Shown here piece by piece: positions 52,250 through 64,000 of a stretch of DNA of 64,000 bases. Where the stretch lies: positions 69,254,001-69,318,000 of the forward strand of contig NC_043000.1 in the NCBI RefSeq assembly GCF_006345805.1, written 5' to 3'. Position 1 is the first letter of the stretch. The number at the start of each line of letters is the position of its first letter. The stretch is from Octopus sinensis. Taxonomy: Eukaryota. Below the pieces are notes generated by a model, which saw only the letters and a list, made by a program, of their open reading frames with translations, did no database searches and was not told the origin of the DNA. The translations under genes were made by a program, and so were the position numbers.

Positions 52250-53720
52250 CACACTCACTCAACACTGATACATCCCTAACTCTTTACAGCAACTTGCTTT
52301 ATTCCCTATAAGTATCCTTGACTGACACACAGACACTCCAATCACATTTGATCTCTTTTTCATCTCCGAACCCAATGTCTACAAGTCCATAACAGTCTCT
52401 GCACCTATGGAGTGTTCTCATCACTGTCTTACCACGACTACACAACCACGTATATGACAAGGCCTCCCCTATGAATCCTCTAATATTTCAAGTTATGCGG
52501 AACTCAGTCAGTTTTATGCAATCTCTGACAGCACGTGCTACATTTTCGAGCTATTAAGCCTTTGACTAAAACAGGCATTTGACAGAAAGAACCGTCTCAG
52601 ACAAGTCTCTTCACATCACACACAGGAAAAACTACATGCCCTGTATCCCTTGAATGGTTTATTCATAGTTATCACTTGAATGGTTTATTCAAAACTCATA
52701 CTGAAGACAAACGTCCGGAGAAATTCACGCATCCTTTAAAACTGAATGGTGCTTACCCAAGATCTTAACTCTTGCAAAATCAGTTTCCGAATCGCAAAAG
52801 ATACCTCCGTATATCATGCAGTCTTTCAGCTCCCCCATCTCCCAAATTGCAAGTGATCCTTCTGATTCCTCGTCAAAAGCATTACAATTAAACTTTCAGT
52901 TTGCTCTTTCCTTTCCACTTCTCTACTATGACGGTTTTGTGAGTAGTACTCCTGTACGTAAAGCATCTATCTTCGCCATCGCTTTGCAACCAGCTCCACA
53001 CTATTCGGTGAATATTTTCGAAAATACCCACTTCCATCAAACCAGATTTATTACTTTGAATATATTCCTGCTAAGCGCATTCAATAGTTTGAATACATAT
53101 GTACCATGCGCAAAAGTACCTCCGGTTACTTCAGATTATTAAGGTTACTGACCTGAACTTAAATTATAAAATTATAAAAACTACCTGTCTGTGAGCTACC
53201 CTCTTCTCTTATCTCTTGGGTCAATAGTTTCCTATTGCAGAGCCTTTTCTGATAGAGTGCTCTCTATCTCTGATGTACCCGAGTTCAGTTCTGTCCTCAC
53301 ACTCTTCCTTCTTTATATCAATGATCTTGCTGTTCTAGCCAAAAACACCCACAAATACGCACGTGTTACCGTCCTCTCTACTTAAGCGTCATTCATATGA
53401 AACCTGGACAACACTTAGCAAACCTGAACAGAGGCCTCGAAAGCCTCCGCCTGTAGAGATATGATAGTTTTGTGTCTTTCAAGGATAGTTCACATCAAGA
53501 AAAATAACCACGCCTCACATTCTAGACAGCAGTCACACGTATCTAAAGTAATAGAGATCAGTCCAAATGCTAGGCTGCACTATCACTTACGCTCTGCCAT
53601 GACAGGTGCATATCCTTAACGTAACTAGCAAAATTGGCCTTTTATTTCAGAGGCAGAAAATACTTTATTCCCTAACAATTACTGACCGACTGCAAAACTC
53701 AAGGTAAGATCGCATAGTTA
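52250..53720 (+). mobile_element. CR1/Jockey-group LINE remnant (APE end plus RT)
   Basis: DLFFISEP...APMECSHHCL and VPEFSSVLTLFLLYINDL remnants. Confidence 0.65.
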
Positions 53721-54329
53721 CAGCTAGAAAGCGAGTTGTACAACGAGGAAAAATTCTCCTTAATATATAAGTATTTATTTGTATTTACTTTTTTTTTTGT
53801 ATTTTAATATAATCAATATATCGGAGCCCCCAAACTACCGGGTTCGACTTCGTCTTTCATTTTTCCGAGGTCGCTAAAATAAATTATCAGTTAAGTACTG
53901 TAGGCGGTATTATCGACTACATTCATCGATGTTTCAGAGTTCTATATTTTCAACGTACATATTTGCAGTCTGATAAATGAATTATCTCCATTTTTTACAT
54001 ATGTATATATATACCTGTGTGCCTGTGTGTGTTTGTATGTGTGTGTTTGTATGTGTGTGTTTGTATGTGTGTGTGTGTGTGTGTGTATGTGTGTGTGTAT
54101 CTATGATTGTTCCCCACCACCACACTTAATAACCGGTGTTGATGTGTTTACGTGTCCATAACTTAGCGGGTTGGCAAAAGAGACCACTACAATAAGTGCC
54201 AAGCTTGAAATAATAAGTACTAGGGTCGATCCGTTCGAATAAAAATTCTCCAAGCATGGCCGCAGTATAACTGAAGCAGGTAAAAGATAAAAGATAAAAG
54301 TAAAGTCAGCCTAGATTGGGAACATGACT

Positions 54330-54800
54330 TCTTTGCTCCTGTGATTAGTTTGTTTCTGCTTCGTATTCAAGATTTGGTTGATATGTGGAATATTCTTGCG
54401 ATCTACTCGAGGTTTCTGACGATTCCTAGATTTTTATTTTGATTGACAAGAGAGAACTGAATCCAGATTCATACAAGTTACGTTATGACAAATAAAATGA
54501 AGACATAAAATCTTGGAAATATATCCAATGTTGGAAATCAAGAGCTTGACTTTTTGCAAGTAAATAAGCTCTTTCTTCAGTTCATCATTATCTGACATTT
54601 TCTCCAAATAGTAGATATATGGGTTCATAATAAATTTTGCTGAAATCTCCAGGTTGTCAGCACTAAAAATCCGTCAAACAGTTTTGACATCATTTCCAAA
54701 TGAGTCATATACTTTGTAGGAGTTATAGATCCAGCAGCGTCAATCGGCCACGAGTACGGCATCCTTCTGGCAACAGGATAAAGCAACGAGCACGGGCCCC
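54330..54800 (-). mobile_element. hAT transposase C-terminal fragment
   Basis: FSADNLEISAKFIMNP...DELKKELIYLQ and CESGFSSL.NQNKN remnants of the hAT dimerisation region. Confidence 0.6.
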
Positions 54801-55581
54801 TCTCTTTCTATTCTTCGACACCAAATAAATTTTCTTTAAAGCTATTCAACTTTCTTAAGCCTTTACTTTAACCTTTTTTTAAAGAGGAATAATCAGGGCA
54901 TTAATATAAAGAGAAAATATCAGCCACGTAAATTAATATTTAGGTGAATTCCTGTGATTTCAATTACACAGCTCGATCACAGTCACACCTCTCCAGAAAA
55001 AAACCCCTTAATTTCTCCCTGTAGTTCAAAGAGGCGACCTAGAAGTTTTCTTTATGACAACCAATGAACTTTAGTGTGGAAAAAAAAAACGAATGCACAC
55101 TTCCCAGATCTTAAAATGTTTTAAAGAAGCAATCGTTGAAATCATACTCTATGGTGCTGCTGGTAATCTTCACACACGCATCAAATCCTTAAATTTAGAG
55201 AGAATGTTTATGATGCAAAAAGTCTGAAATCCCATTTTCATCTGTGCAGATAAACCAGATTTATTTCAAGCATTCCACATGCTCTTTCCGTGTGCTCTGT
55301 AAGTTCACACAGAATTTATAACTTCGTTTGTACTTATTCTCAGATTTTCACAAAAGAAGAATGTTTCCTCTATAACATGGTATTAGGGTATTAGGATACT
55401 TTAATAACGTGTCAACTACTGATAAGTTAACTATCTGTGGATTCAAAAAATTTAATATAATTTTCAGAGGATTAGCTCGATTTCTGAAATGAATTGATCC
55501 ATCTACATACATACATACGTACATACATACATACATACATACATACATACATACATACATACATACATACATACATACACA

Positions 55582-56435
55582 CAGGGTCGATGGGTAAATT
55601 GTCGCCATTCTATATTTTTAGTTTAAGGTATGTGCGTTGTTTGTTTTCGATTTTGTTGACTACACATTATAGTAGGGTCAGTTTGGCACCGTCTGTGAGC
55701 AAAAGTATCATGACACAATTCACTTTGCGAGAAATTTGGAAACGAAATGCTGTACTGCTTGGCAGTCGCACCAGGAGTTCCAATACAATCAGATGAGCAC
55801 ACAGAATGACCGTTGGCTTGTCGTGTCCCTAAAACATGTACCGAGAGTGATAAAAATCAAACATCCAACATCATGGAATGATCACTAGTGATGGCGACGT
55901 TATACTTCCAGTCATCTTCCCACACGGCCCCACACTCAACACGGCGGCCTACATCAAGTGCCTGGAGGAGGTAGTGCTGCCCTGGGTCAAGAGGGTGGCT
56001 GCTGGAAGACCCTATGTCTGGCAACAAGACTCTGCACCATGTCACACAAGCAGTATAACCCAGTCATGGCTGTCTGACAATTTTTGTGACCACATCACCC
56101 CTAACACCTGGTTACTTAACTCTCCAGACTGTAACCCCCTTGATTACTATGTGTAGGGTGCAGTTGAGCGAAAGACCAACAAATCTCCTTGTAACACCAA
56201 AGATGAATTGAAGGCAAGGATTATGGCAGCATTCACCAACTTAAACAAGGAGACCGTCCAGGAGAGTTGCAAGAGATTCCGAGGTCGTCTGAAGGCTGCG
56301 GCTGAAGCTAATGGCGATTTTATTGAATACATTTACTCTTTAGTATTGTAACTTTAGTAAATATATCTGTTAAAAAATGTCAGTGTTATTTTCATTTATG
56401 CGTAATTCAGACGACAATATATTCACCGCACCCTG
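55582..56435 (+). mobile_element. maT-type (DD37D) Tc1/mariner, internally deleted
   Basis: WQQDSAPCH...NSPDCNPLDYYV with 37 residues between the 2nd and 3rd Asp; TIRs CAGGGT...AAATTGTCG / CGACAATAT...ACCCTG. Confidence 0.85.
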
Positions 56436-56519
56436 AACACACATTTAACACACACACACACACCCACCCACACACACACGCACATGTATGTACGTATATA
56501 TGCATATGAATATGATGAA

Positions 56520-56818
56520 CTCTCCCGTCGTTAGACGATTTATAAGGGTTCGATAATTTCTTACCGAACAACCACACAGAAGATTGTTTATAATAGTCAA
56601 ATGTTTGTGCAGACATAAGCTCACTCTCTCCATCAGATCGACATCACCTGTACAGGTGCAATGGGTGCCACATGTTAGATGTCGAAATGATCGCAGAGCA
56701 ACGTGAAATGAAGTACTTTGCTCATGAACACAACGCAACGCCTGGTTTGGGAATCGAACCCACGATCTCGCAATCGTAAGTGCAACACTTTAACCACAAA
56801 GCCGTGCGTCTTCACATG
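56520..56818 (-). mobile_element. tRNA-derived SINE
   Basis: Reverse complement head GTGAAGACGCACGGCTTTGTGGTTAAAGTG...GGGTTCGATTCCC (B box). Confidence 0.8.
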
Positions 56819-56959
56819 CCTATATATATATATATATACATACATACATACATACATACACACACATACACACACGCGCACACACACACACACGCACACA
56901 CACATACGCACACACACACACACACGCACACACAAATATATATATATATATATATATAT

Positions 56960-59393
56960 ATGAAAGAAGGTATGTGTGTATGTATGATAATAAGAAAATA
57001 TTAAAAACTGTTTATAAGAAAGTATTTGAGAAAGTAATCAGAATGGGACTCCAAAACGTAGAGTTCAATAAAAATTATGTTTGATTGTATATATATAAAC
57101 AGAAGGAGATATATTTCAGAATTTACAAAAAATTTTTGAAGAATAACTGACCTTTCTGACATTTTCTCTTGTGTGTAGCTAAGGAATGTTTGGGAATGTT
57201 TGCTATCTTAAGGAACAGTGTGGGAGGTTGGTTGGAGGAGGTGGGGGTGGAAGGCAGAGTAATGTGGAATTAAAGGGATTTTTACTGTTTCTGGGCTAGT
57301 CTGTCATGGTTTAGTGGTTTTTGGGACTGATCTTAGAGGTCAGAATGGTGTAAGTGAGTGTGTTTCTGTGCACGTCTCTATGTGTGTGTGTATATATACA
57401 CGTGCTTGTGAACACGAAATAAAAAAAACTCCAAGAACTAAAGGCAATTCTTCTCGAAAGACATTACCCAGCATCATTAGTTGACAATGGAATAGAACGG
57501 GCGAAGGCAATTGCTACCCAAGACTTACGAAAACCGAAACACACTTAGGGTATATAAAATAGTACAAACACAATATCCTCACAATAGAGCACAAACCCAC
57601 ACACATTCCAAGAAAAAACGCATACATATATACGCTTGCAATACGATTCTAGCAACCATAACCAACACTCACACACACATACACACATACGTAAACACGA
57701 ACATGCCCACACCTACACACACCACCCTGACAATCTCAAATCACATTCACACAAACACACCCACACATACACAGATACATACACAAACACGCAAATACAA
57801 TACAACCCCCAATACACCCGTTCTCCAGTAAAAAACCACACACACGCATTCAAAAAGAAAAAAACACACATATACACACAATACAATCCCAACAATCTCA
57901 ACAAACACTCGCAAACACACAGACGTGCACACACACAAAAGCATGCACATATACAATGACACACACCTCCTCGGCAAATACAACACACATAGACACACTC
58001 ACACTGCATTAACAATACAAACAAAACAAATCACTCACAAATACAGCACACACACATGTACACACACCCGGAAAACTACATAAACCATACCCACATATTT
58101 ACACACACACACACAAAGGCATACCCAGTACCAACATGCACAGAACGTACACGCACACATACACACTACCCGGATAAACCCAACACATACGGATACACAC
58201 ACAGAACCCCTGATAAATACAAAACATCACACACACATACACACCCATACATACCCCACACACATACATTTGAACCCACACACACATACGGTAGCTCATA
58301 CACACACCACCAGGACAATTACAACAGCACAATCATACTCAGACAGACAGACACACACACACACACTCACGTACACTGACACACACGTACACACACACTC
58401 ATGTACACACACATAACATCCCCACCGACACAAAACACAAACATACACACGCGCACACACATATGCACTCATACACACACGCGAACAAACACATACACAT
58501 ATACGCACGCACAACACCCAGACAAATACTATTCACACATATACACACACACCACCAGGACAATTATAACAACACATACATACTCAGACAGAGACACACA
58601 CACACTCATGTACGCACGCATAACATCCCCACACAAGGCAAAACGCACAAACATACACACGCACATACAGACGCACACATACACACACGCGAACAAATAC
58701 ATCCACACATATGCGTACACTCAACACTCTAACAAATACTAATCACATACATACATACACACACACAAACGTGCACACATATACTCATACCATCCTACCA
58801 AATATAAAACACAAGCAAATGTATATATATATATACACACACGTAAAGACTTGCATAGAGACACACACACACTCACACCATTCTGACTTCTAAGGCCAGT
58901 CCCCAAACCACTGAACCGTGACAGACTAGCCCAGAAACAAAAAAATCCCTTTAATTCCACATTGCTCCGCCTTCCCCCAACGAACCTTCCACACTGTCCC
59001 TTGAGATAGCAAACATTCCCAAACATTCCTTAGAGAAAATGTCAGAAAGGTCAGTTATTCTTCTACAATTTTTTGTAAAATCTTAATTATATCTCCTTCT
59101 GTGTATATATATACTACCAAACAAACATAATTTTTATTGAAGTCTACGTTTTGGAGTCCCATTCTGATTACTTTCTCAAATACTTTCTTGTAAACTGTTT
59201 TTAACATTTTCTTATTATTATCAAAGAATGTATTTCTGTTTTTTTTAAAAAAAACTTTTGTGATAACCAGTACTTAACACAACAAAGCTTATACAAAGCT
59301 TTACATTTTACTTTTGACAATCTTTTTCTAAAAAAGGGAAACCGGTCAAGTCAATAAACATCTTTAAAATTGCATTTTCAAACCTTCTTTCAT
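56960..59393. mobile_element. Element with long inverted arms around a CA-rich degenerate tandem core; right arm carries a hammerhead (PLE-derived, inferred)
   Basis: Arms ~56960-57370 and ~58860-59393 are reverse complements sharing the terminus (TA)n-ATGAAAGAAGG. Core has a ~246-bp duplication (CACACCACCAGGACAATT at ~58304 and ~58549). Confidence 0.85.
59310..59351 (+). ncRNA. Minimal type-I hammerhead motif, variant core UUGACAA (U3-A8), GUC site
   Basis: ACTT-TTGACAA-TCTTTTT cta AAAAAGG-GAAA-C CG G T-C-AAGT: stem I 4 bp, stem II 7 bp including U.G, palindrome ACCGGT, predicted cleavage after 59347. Confidence 0.75.
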
Positions 59394-59456
59394 ATATATT
59401 TCCACTTCTGCGGTACCTTACAACTTCACTTTGATATATATATATAAAGACTAATA

Positions 59457-59557
59457 CCGTAAACGGAGTGTAACTAGAGCATGTATTAGCACAATAATCG
59501 TTTCAGCTTCATTCTGCACTGTACTAATAAATGATTCTAGTTACACTCCGTCTTCCG
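59457..59557. mobile_element. Small MITE, TA-flanked
   Basis: CCGTAAACGGAGTGTAACTAGA ... TCTAGTTACACTCCGTCTTCCG. Confidence 0.7.
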
Positions 59558-59769
59558 TATCATTCTTTTAAAATAGGCTATACGTGCACCTCGGATTTGC
59601 GGATAACATCCAACGACGAACACACAGTGTTGCTGATGACGCCTGGTAGCCATAAGTGCTGAACATGCGATGCAGGCACACTACCTGGGACTTACCCTGA
59701 AACAAGGTCTGGATACTGCATTTATCGCCTACTTTCTAAACATTAATTATTTAATTCTAAATTTGACGA

Positions 59770-60308
59770 TATATATATATATATATAAATTTGAGTCATG
59801 TTTCTCTGTCCGTTACGTTTTTATGTTCGTTAACTCCTCCAAGACCGTTGGTGGAAGGACAACGAAACTCAAACCAGCAACTGCCCTAATCCCAGGGAAT
59901 GTTCGAACAGAGTCTATTTTTTAGGGCCCGCCCAAATTGGAGTCCCACTGACCCCACTATCTTTACTGCATTTTAAACTAAATTGGCATTGGCGACCAAA
60001 TTGAAGCAATGACAATGAATTTCATACCATGAACTCCCAGGGAGTATCGTAAGGAGGTTCAATTTCTGAAGGGGCGTTTAAATGGGGCCCGACTGATCCT
60101 GATCCCTCTATTTTTACTGCATTTATCTCGCTCCTACGCTTATTGACTAAACTATGATCAGCATCAGTGCTTAGCACAGTTTCAGAAATACGCTTCATTA
60201 AACAAGGATAGAGGGCCACGAAGCGGCTCGATATGTGGCCGAAGGCCTCAAAGGTACCCTCAGCAGGAGCCAACGTGGATGCAGACCGAAGGGCTGCTTC
60301 AAGGCTAG
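59770..60308 (+). mobile_element. Helitron-like non-autonomous element
   Basis: 3' hairpin GCAGACC-GAA-GGGCTGC then CTAG|T (60305-60308); 5' end merges with (TA)n. Confidence 0.6.
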
Positions 60309-60434
60309 TATATATATACATGCACAACCAGACAGACAGACTCACATACACGAACACACACATATACACGTAAAAAGGTGGAGAAAGGGCAGATAAATCA
60401 GTAGAGTTAGCGGCCATTCAACAAGAAATGTCTA

Positions 60435-61965
60435 CAGTCGTGGCCAATGATTTTGACAAAAGAGTTATTTTGAACCAAAATATATATAAATATGCCTATC
60501 TAAGGCAAAACCTGGTTTGTTTGAGCGCATACGAGGATATTAACGAAGAATAATATCACACTTGAACCATATGAACAATAATAAGGTGTGATACGCGGTT
60601 ATTCATCTTCCTCTCACTATTTGCAGTGGCGACCCCTATGTTTCGAGACGCCCATGCTGGAAACTAATGATTGAGTCAGTTCTATGTTTACAGACCTGCA
60701 TTCTTGCTGTACGCGAGCTTTCAACTATGCAATATTTATTGGATTCTCTCTGTCAACTTGCATTTTAAGGATAGACCACAAATTTTCAGTAGGATTTATA
60801 TCTGGAGAATTTCCCGGCCAAGACTCCAAAATTTCGGTACCTTTATCTCCAAGATAGTTTTTAATCTTCTTAGCAGCGTGGCAAGGTGCTCCACCTTGTT
60901 GGAAAATGCAAGTTTCTCAATGGTTGAAAGGAGATGGTTTTCAAGAATATTTTGGTACCATATGGAATTCACAGAAATATTTTTCGGCAAAACTGACAGT
61001 GATTCAACGCCCTTGGATGAAAAGCAACCCGACACATGAATGGTTTCTGGATGCTTGATCATGAACACGATATAGGCCGCATAGCGTTCAGCTTGTCGCC
61101 TTATGACGAGCCTTTTTCCAGATATCCTAAACAATCGAGATGGTGCTTCATCAGAAAAATCACTTTGTCCCATTGTTCAATAGACCAATTTTTATATTTT
61201 CTGCTGAAGGCAAGCCTGCCCTTTACGTTTCTAATGGACAAAAAATGTTTCTTTGCAACACTCCGTGAAGCGAGACCATTGTTAAGAAATTGTCGTCTAA
61301 AAGTCCGAGCTGAAGCCCTGACACCGGCTGATTCTCATTCTTTAGGAAGCTGTTTGCTGCCGGCACTTCGATTCCTCAATGAATTTCTCACCAAAGCCCT
61401 GTCTTGGCGGTCAGAGGACAGACGTTGGCGAGCAGAGACCTTATTCCCCGTCATGGATCCTGTCTCTTTGAAAAGTTTTATAATCCTGTACACAGTTCTT
61501 TCTGGTGCAATGCCTTTATCAACAATATCCTGTGTTGTTAGGCCATTTTGGTGGAAAGAAATTATTGACTGACCTTTTTTCTTGTGCCAACACCATTCTT
61601 GCAGTAAAAGAAAATAAAATTTTAAGTTTTTGTGAGGAAAAAGATCACTCATTAATTAAAATTCAATTATAAAAGGCTGATGACAATATGAAATTATACT
61701 TTACTTAACTGTTTTGGTTATTATCTCGCGTTTGCATGCGATTCCAACTTGATTTCCACTTGTAGGAAATATAACCAATTCCGCAAACTGATGATTATTT
61801 GCAGAACTATTGGTTTTTCAACAGCTTTTCTTTCAAATCTTGCTGGATAAAAGATAACCTGCGAAAATAATATTAAATCATTAATATTCACACGATATTT
61901 CACATGATATTTCACATGAAATAGCAGAAAAAAACGGTGTTTGCCAAAATCATTGGCCATGACTA
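60435..61965 (-). mobile_element. Tc1-like transposon, defective
   Basis: TA-flanked TIRs CAGTCGTGGCCAATGATTTTG / CAAAATCATTGGCCATGACTA; transposase remnants TVYRIIKLFKETGS, FSDEA, KHPETIHVSGCFSSKG. Confidence 0.9.
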
Positions 61966-62299
61966 TATATATTTACGCATCAAGGAATCAAGGATCAAGG
62001 AATAAACCTGAATGATAGTCCACTGGAAACGAGAGACTCCCTAGTCCTTGTTTAGACATCTGTATAAAAGAACGAAAACTAATGTAACACTTATCAGGTT
62101 GTTTGCATCCAATGACATAGTTCTTCTTTTTGGATAAATGCACACGTTCTTCAGAATATGGAATTGCCCCTCTATAACACATTTCCTCACTTTAAAAATG
62201 TCAAACACACACACCGCTTGATTTCTTAACATTTCTATTAACATTTCTACTATGTGTTGCATAGTCTGGCTGTAGTAAAAAAAGCGAAACAACATAAAA

Positions 62300-64000
62300 T
62301 GACAATAATTTACAGAATAAAGGCAACAGAGGTTCTGGAACGGGTAGTGAAAGTGTTTGGTTCGGCAGGTGTCCCAGGGTACCGTTGCCTGGGTTCGGTT
62401 GTCACCTTGTTATTGCTTCGAAAAGATCAGTGCTTCTAACAAAGGGGCTACAGGGATATATCATAAATGTGACGGCTTTGCCTGAAATGAGTCTTTTCGA
62501 AGAGGGTCACTTCAGAGAATAATCTGCTGGCTACACATTTTATTAAAGTGGGAGAGCAGACTGGTGCAAAAGGAAGGCTGGTGTGGCATTTGCAGAAAAT
62601 CATTTCATAGTTTCCAAGCTGGAAGAGTTTCTATGTGGATTTAATGATGACCTAATACCTGAATTTGTTCATAACAAACACCATATTTCAGCAGAAATGT
62701 AAATACAAGATAACCCAATTGCATCCTGAGTCGAAGCAGTGGCATATGATTAATTTTGTTCTTGTTCGTAGATGCGATGTTCGTAATATATGTAATGTCC
62801 ATGTTATGCACGGAGCTAATTGATGGCCTGGCCATCCTCTTGTTCACGCAAAGGTGAAGTTTATTGTAAAACCGAAGAGTCAGTGATGCGACAATTTCAA
62901 AGAAATTAGATATGAAGAGTCTGAAAGATTATGCAATTAAGGAAGAGTTGGTGAAGAGAATGGTCGACATTCAATTCAATAACCTGTAGGAAAAGTTCAA
63001 AACATCCGTGTATGGCTTTAGTAAAGACAATGTTTATCGAAAAATATTGAGACCAGTTTGATGAAAGCAATGAATTTCAGAGACTATTAAATGTAAAAGC
63101 TGTAGTGTTAATGCAAGCCCTTAGTGGAAAACCTGGAAAACATAATGAAATCTTGTACAAGCACATGAAGCTGTAAGGTACAGCACAGGATTTGTTACAT
63201 ACAAGATACTTGTTGGAGTAATGAAAATGATCGGATCCAATCTGTATCTGATTCTATCAATACAATGATTCTGTATAACTTCTTACGGGAATTGTATGGG
63301 CTCTTCCTCTCCTGTTGTTCCTCTGTGTGCTCTGGATCGCAAAGAATTGTAGAGCGATCCCGAAGGTATTCTTGTGAGGTGGAGATAACACTAACGAAAT
63401 AGACCTTGTCAGGTTGGTGAGTCAGTTTGTTGGTTGATTCCATGTATGTCCCCTGAAGACCATATGGGAGAAGCTCCTTTCTTTGAAGAATTTTAAAATG
63501 CAGTAAAAAACTTAAATATTGGGAAGCCACCAAGAATGGATGGCTTCTATGCTGAAATCTTGAAATACGGTCTAATATCAGTCTAATTCAATGCAAAAGG
63601 TCTGGATTGAAGAGAGTGTCACAAGTGATTGGAAAGATGATTCTCTATAAATGGAAAGGTAGGAAGGATGACTGGGAGAATTACTGTGGGATATCTCTTC
63701 TCTCTCGTGTAAGCAGAGGCCCCATGAGGCCCTCCCTAAGTCTCTGCGTGTTCTTATAAATAGCTGGGTGACAATGGATATGACCATTTCTGTTAGATAA
63801 TTAATTTCAGGAAAATACATTGAGAAGAAGATAAACCCGTATCAAGTCTTCGTTGATCTGGCTAAGGCTTTTGTTGTGGTTGGAAACATTTTATGGAACA
63901 TTTTGAGGGAACTTGGGTGTGCTGAAAAGTTTATCAAAAGATCTTAAAGCTTTCAATGATGGAATAAAAGCATGTGATAATGTGGATGGTAAGCTCTGTG
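62300..64000 (+). mobile_element. RTE-type LINE (APE plus RT), decayed, runs off the window
   Basis: ALPEMSLFEEG..GYTFY.SG...AGVAFA; HPESKQWHMINFVLVRR; ENYCGISLLS; VFVDLAKAF. Confidence 0.85.

Overview
AT-rich, microsatellite-dense animal genomic DNA. The SINE, Helitron and LINE content is consistent with an octopod cephalopod (inference). One host gene is well supported: a 5-exon + strand gene (CDS 40572-51671, 474 aa after phase-consistent GT-AG splicing). It encodes a putative signal peptide, a VWA domain with intact MIDAS, a Thr/Pro/Lys-rich mucin-like linker and a second, degenerate VWA domain. The rest is mostly decayed mobile DNA: an R4/Dong-like LINE, L2/CR1/RTE fragments, three Penelope-like elements (PLEs), Helitrons, mariner, Tc1, maT and hAT derivatives, MITEs and many tRNA-derived SINEs. 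The most notable hidden layer is a set of minimal type-I hammerhead ribozyme motifs, several at PLE tails. One has a canonical core (33294), three carry a compensatory U3-A8 core (28035, 48373, 59310), and four are relics. Also notable: a long inverted-arm element whose left arm lacks exactly the ribozyme segment, a ~140-bp near-perfect inverted copy bracketing the last VWA exon, and an intronic TIR element carrying telomere-like TTAGGG repeats. All structures were folded and aligned by eye; no database search was run, and many repeat boundaries are approximate.
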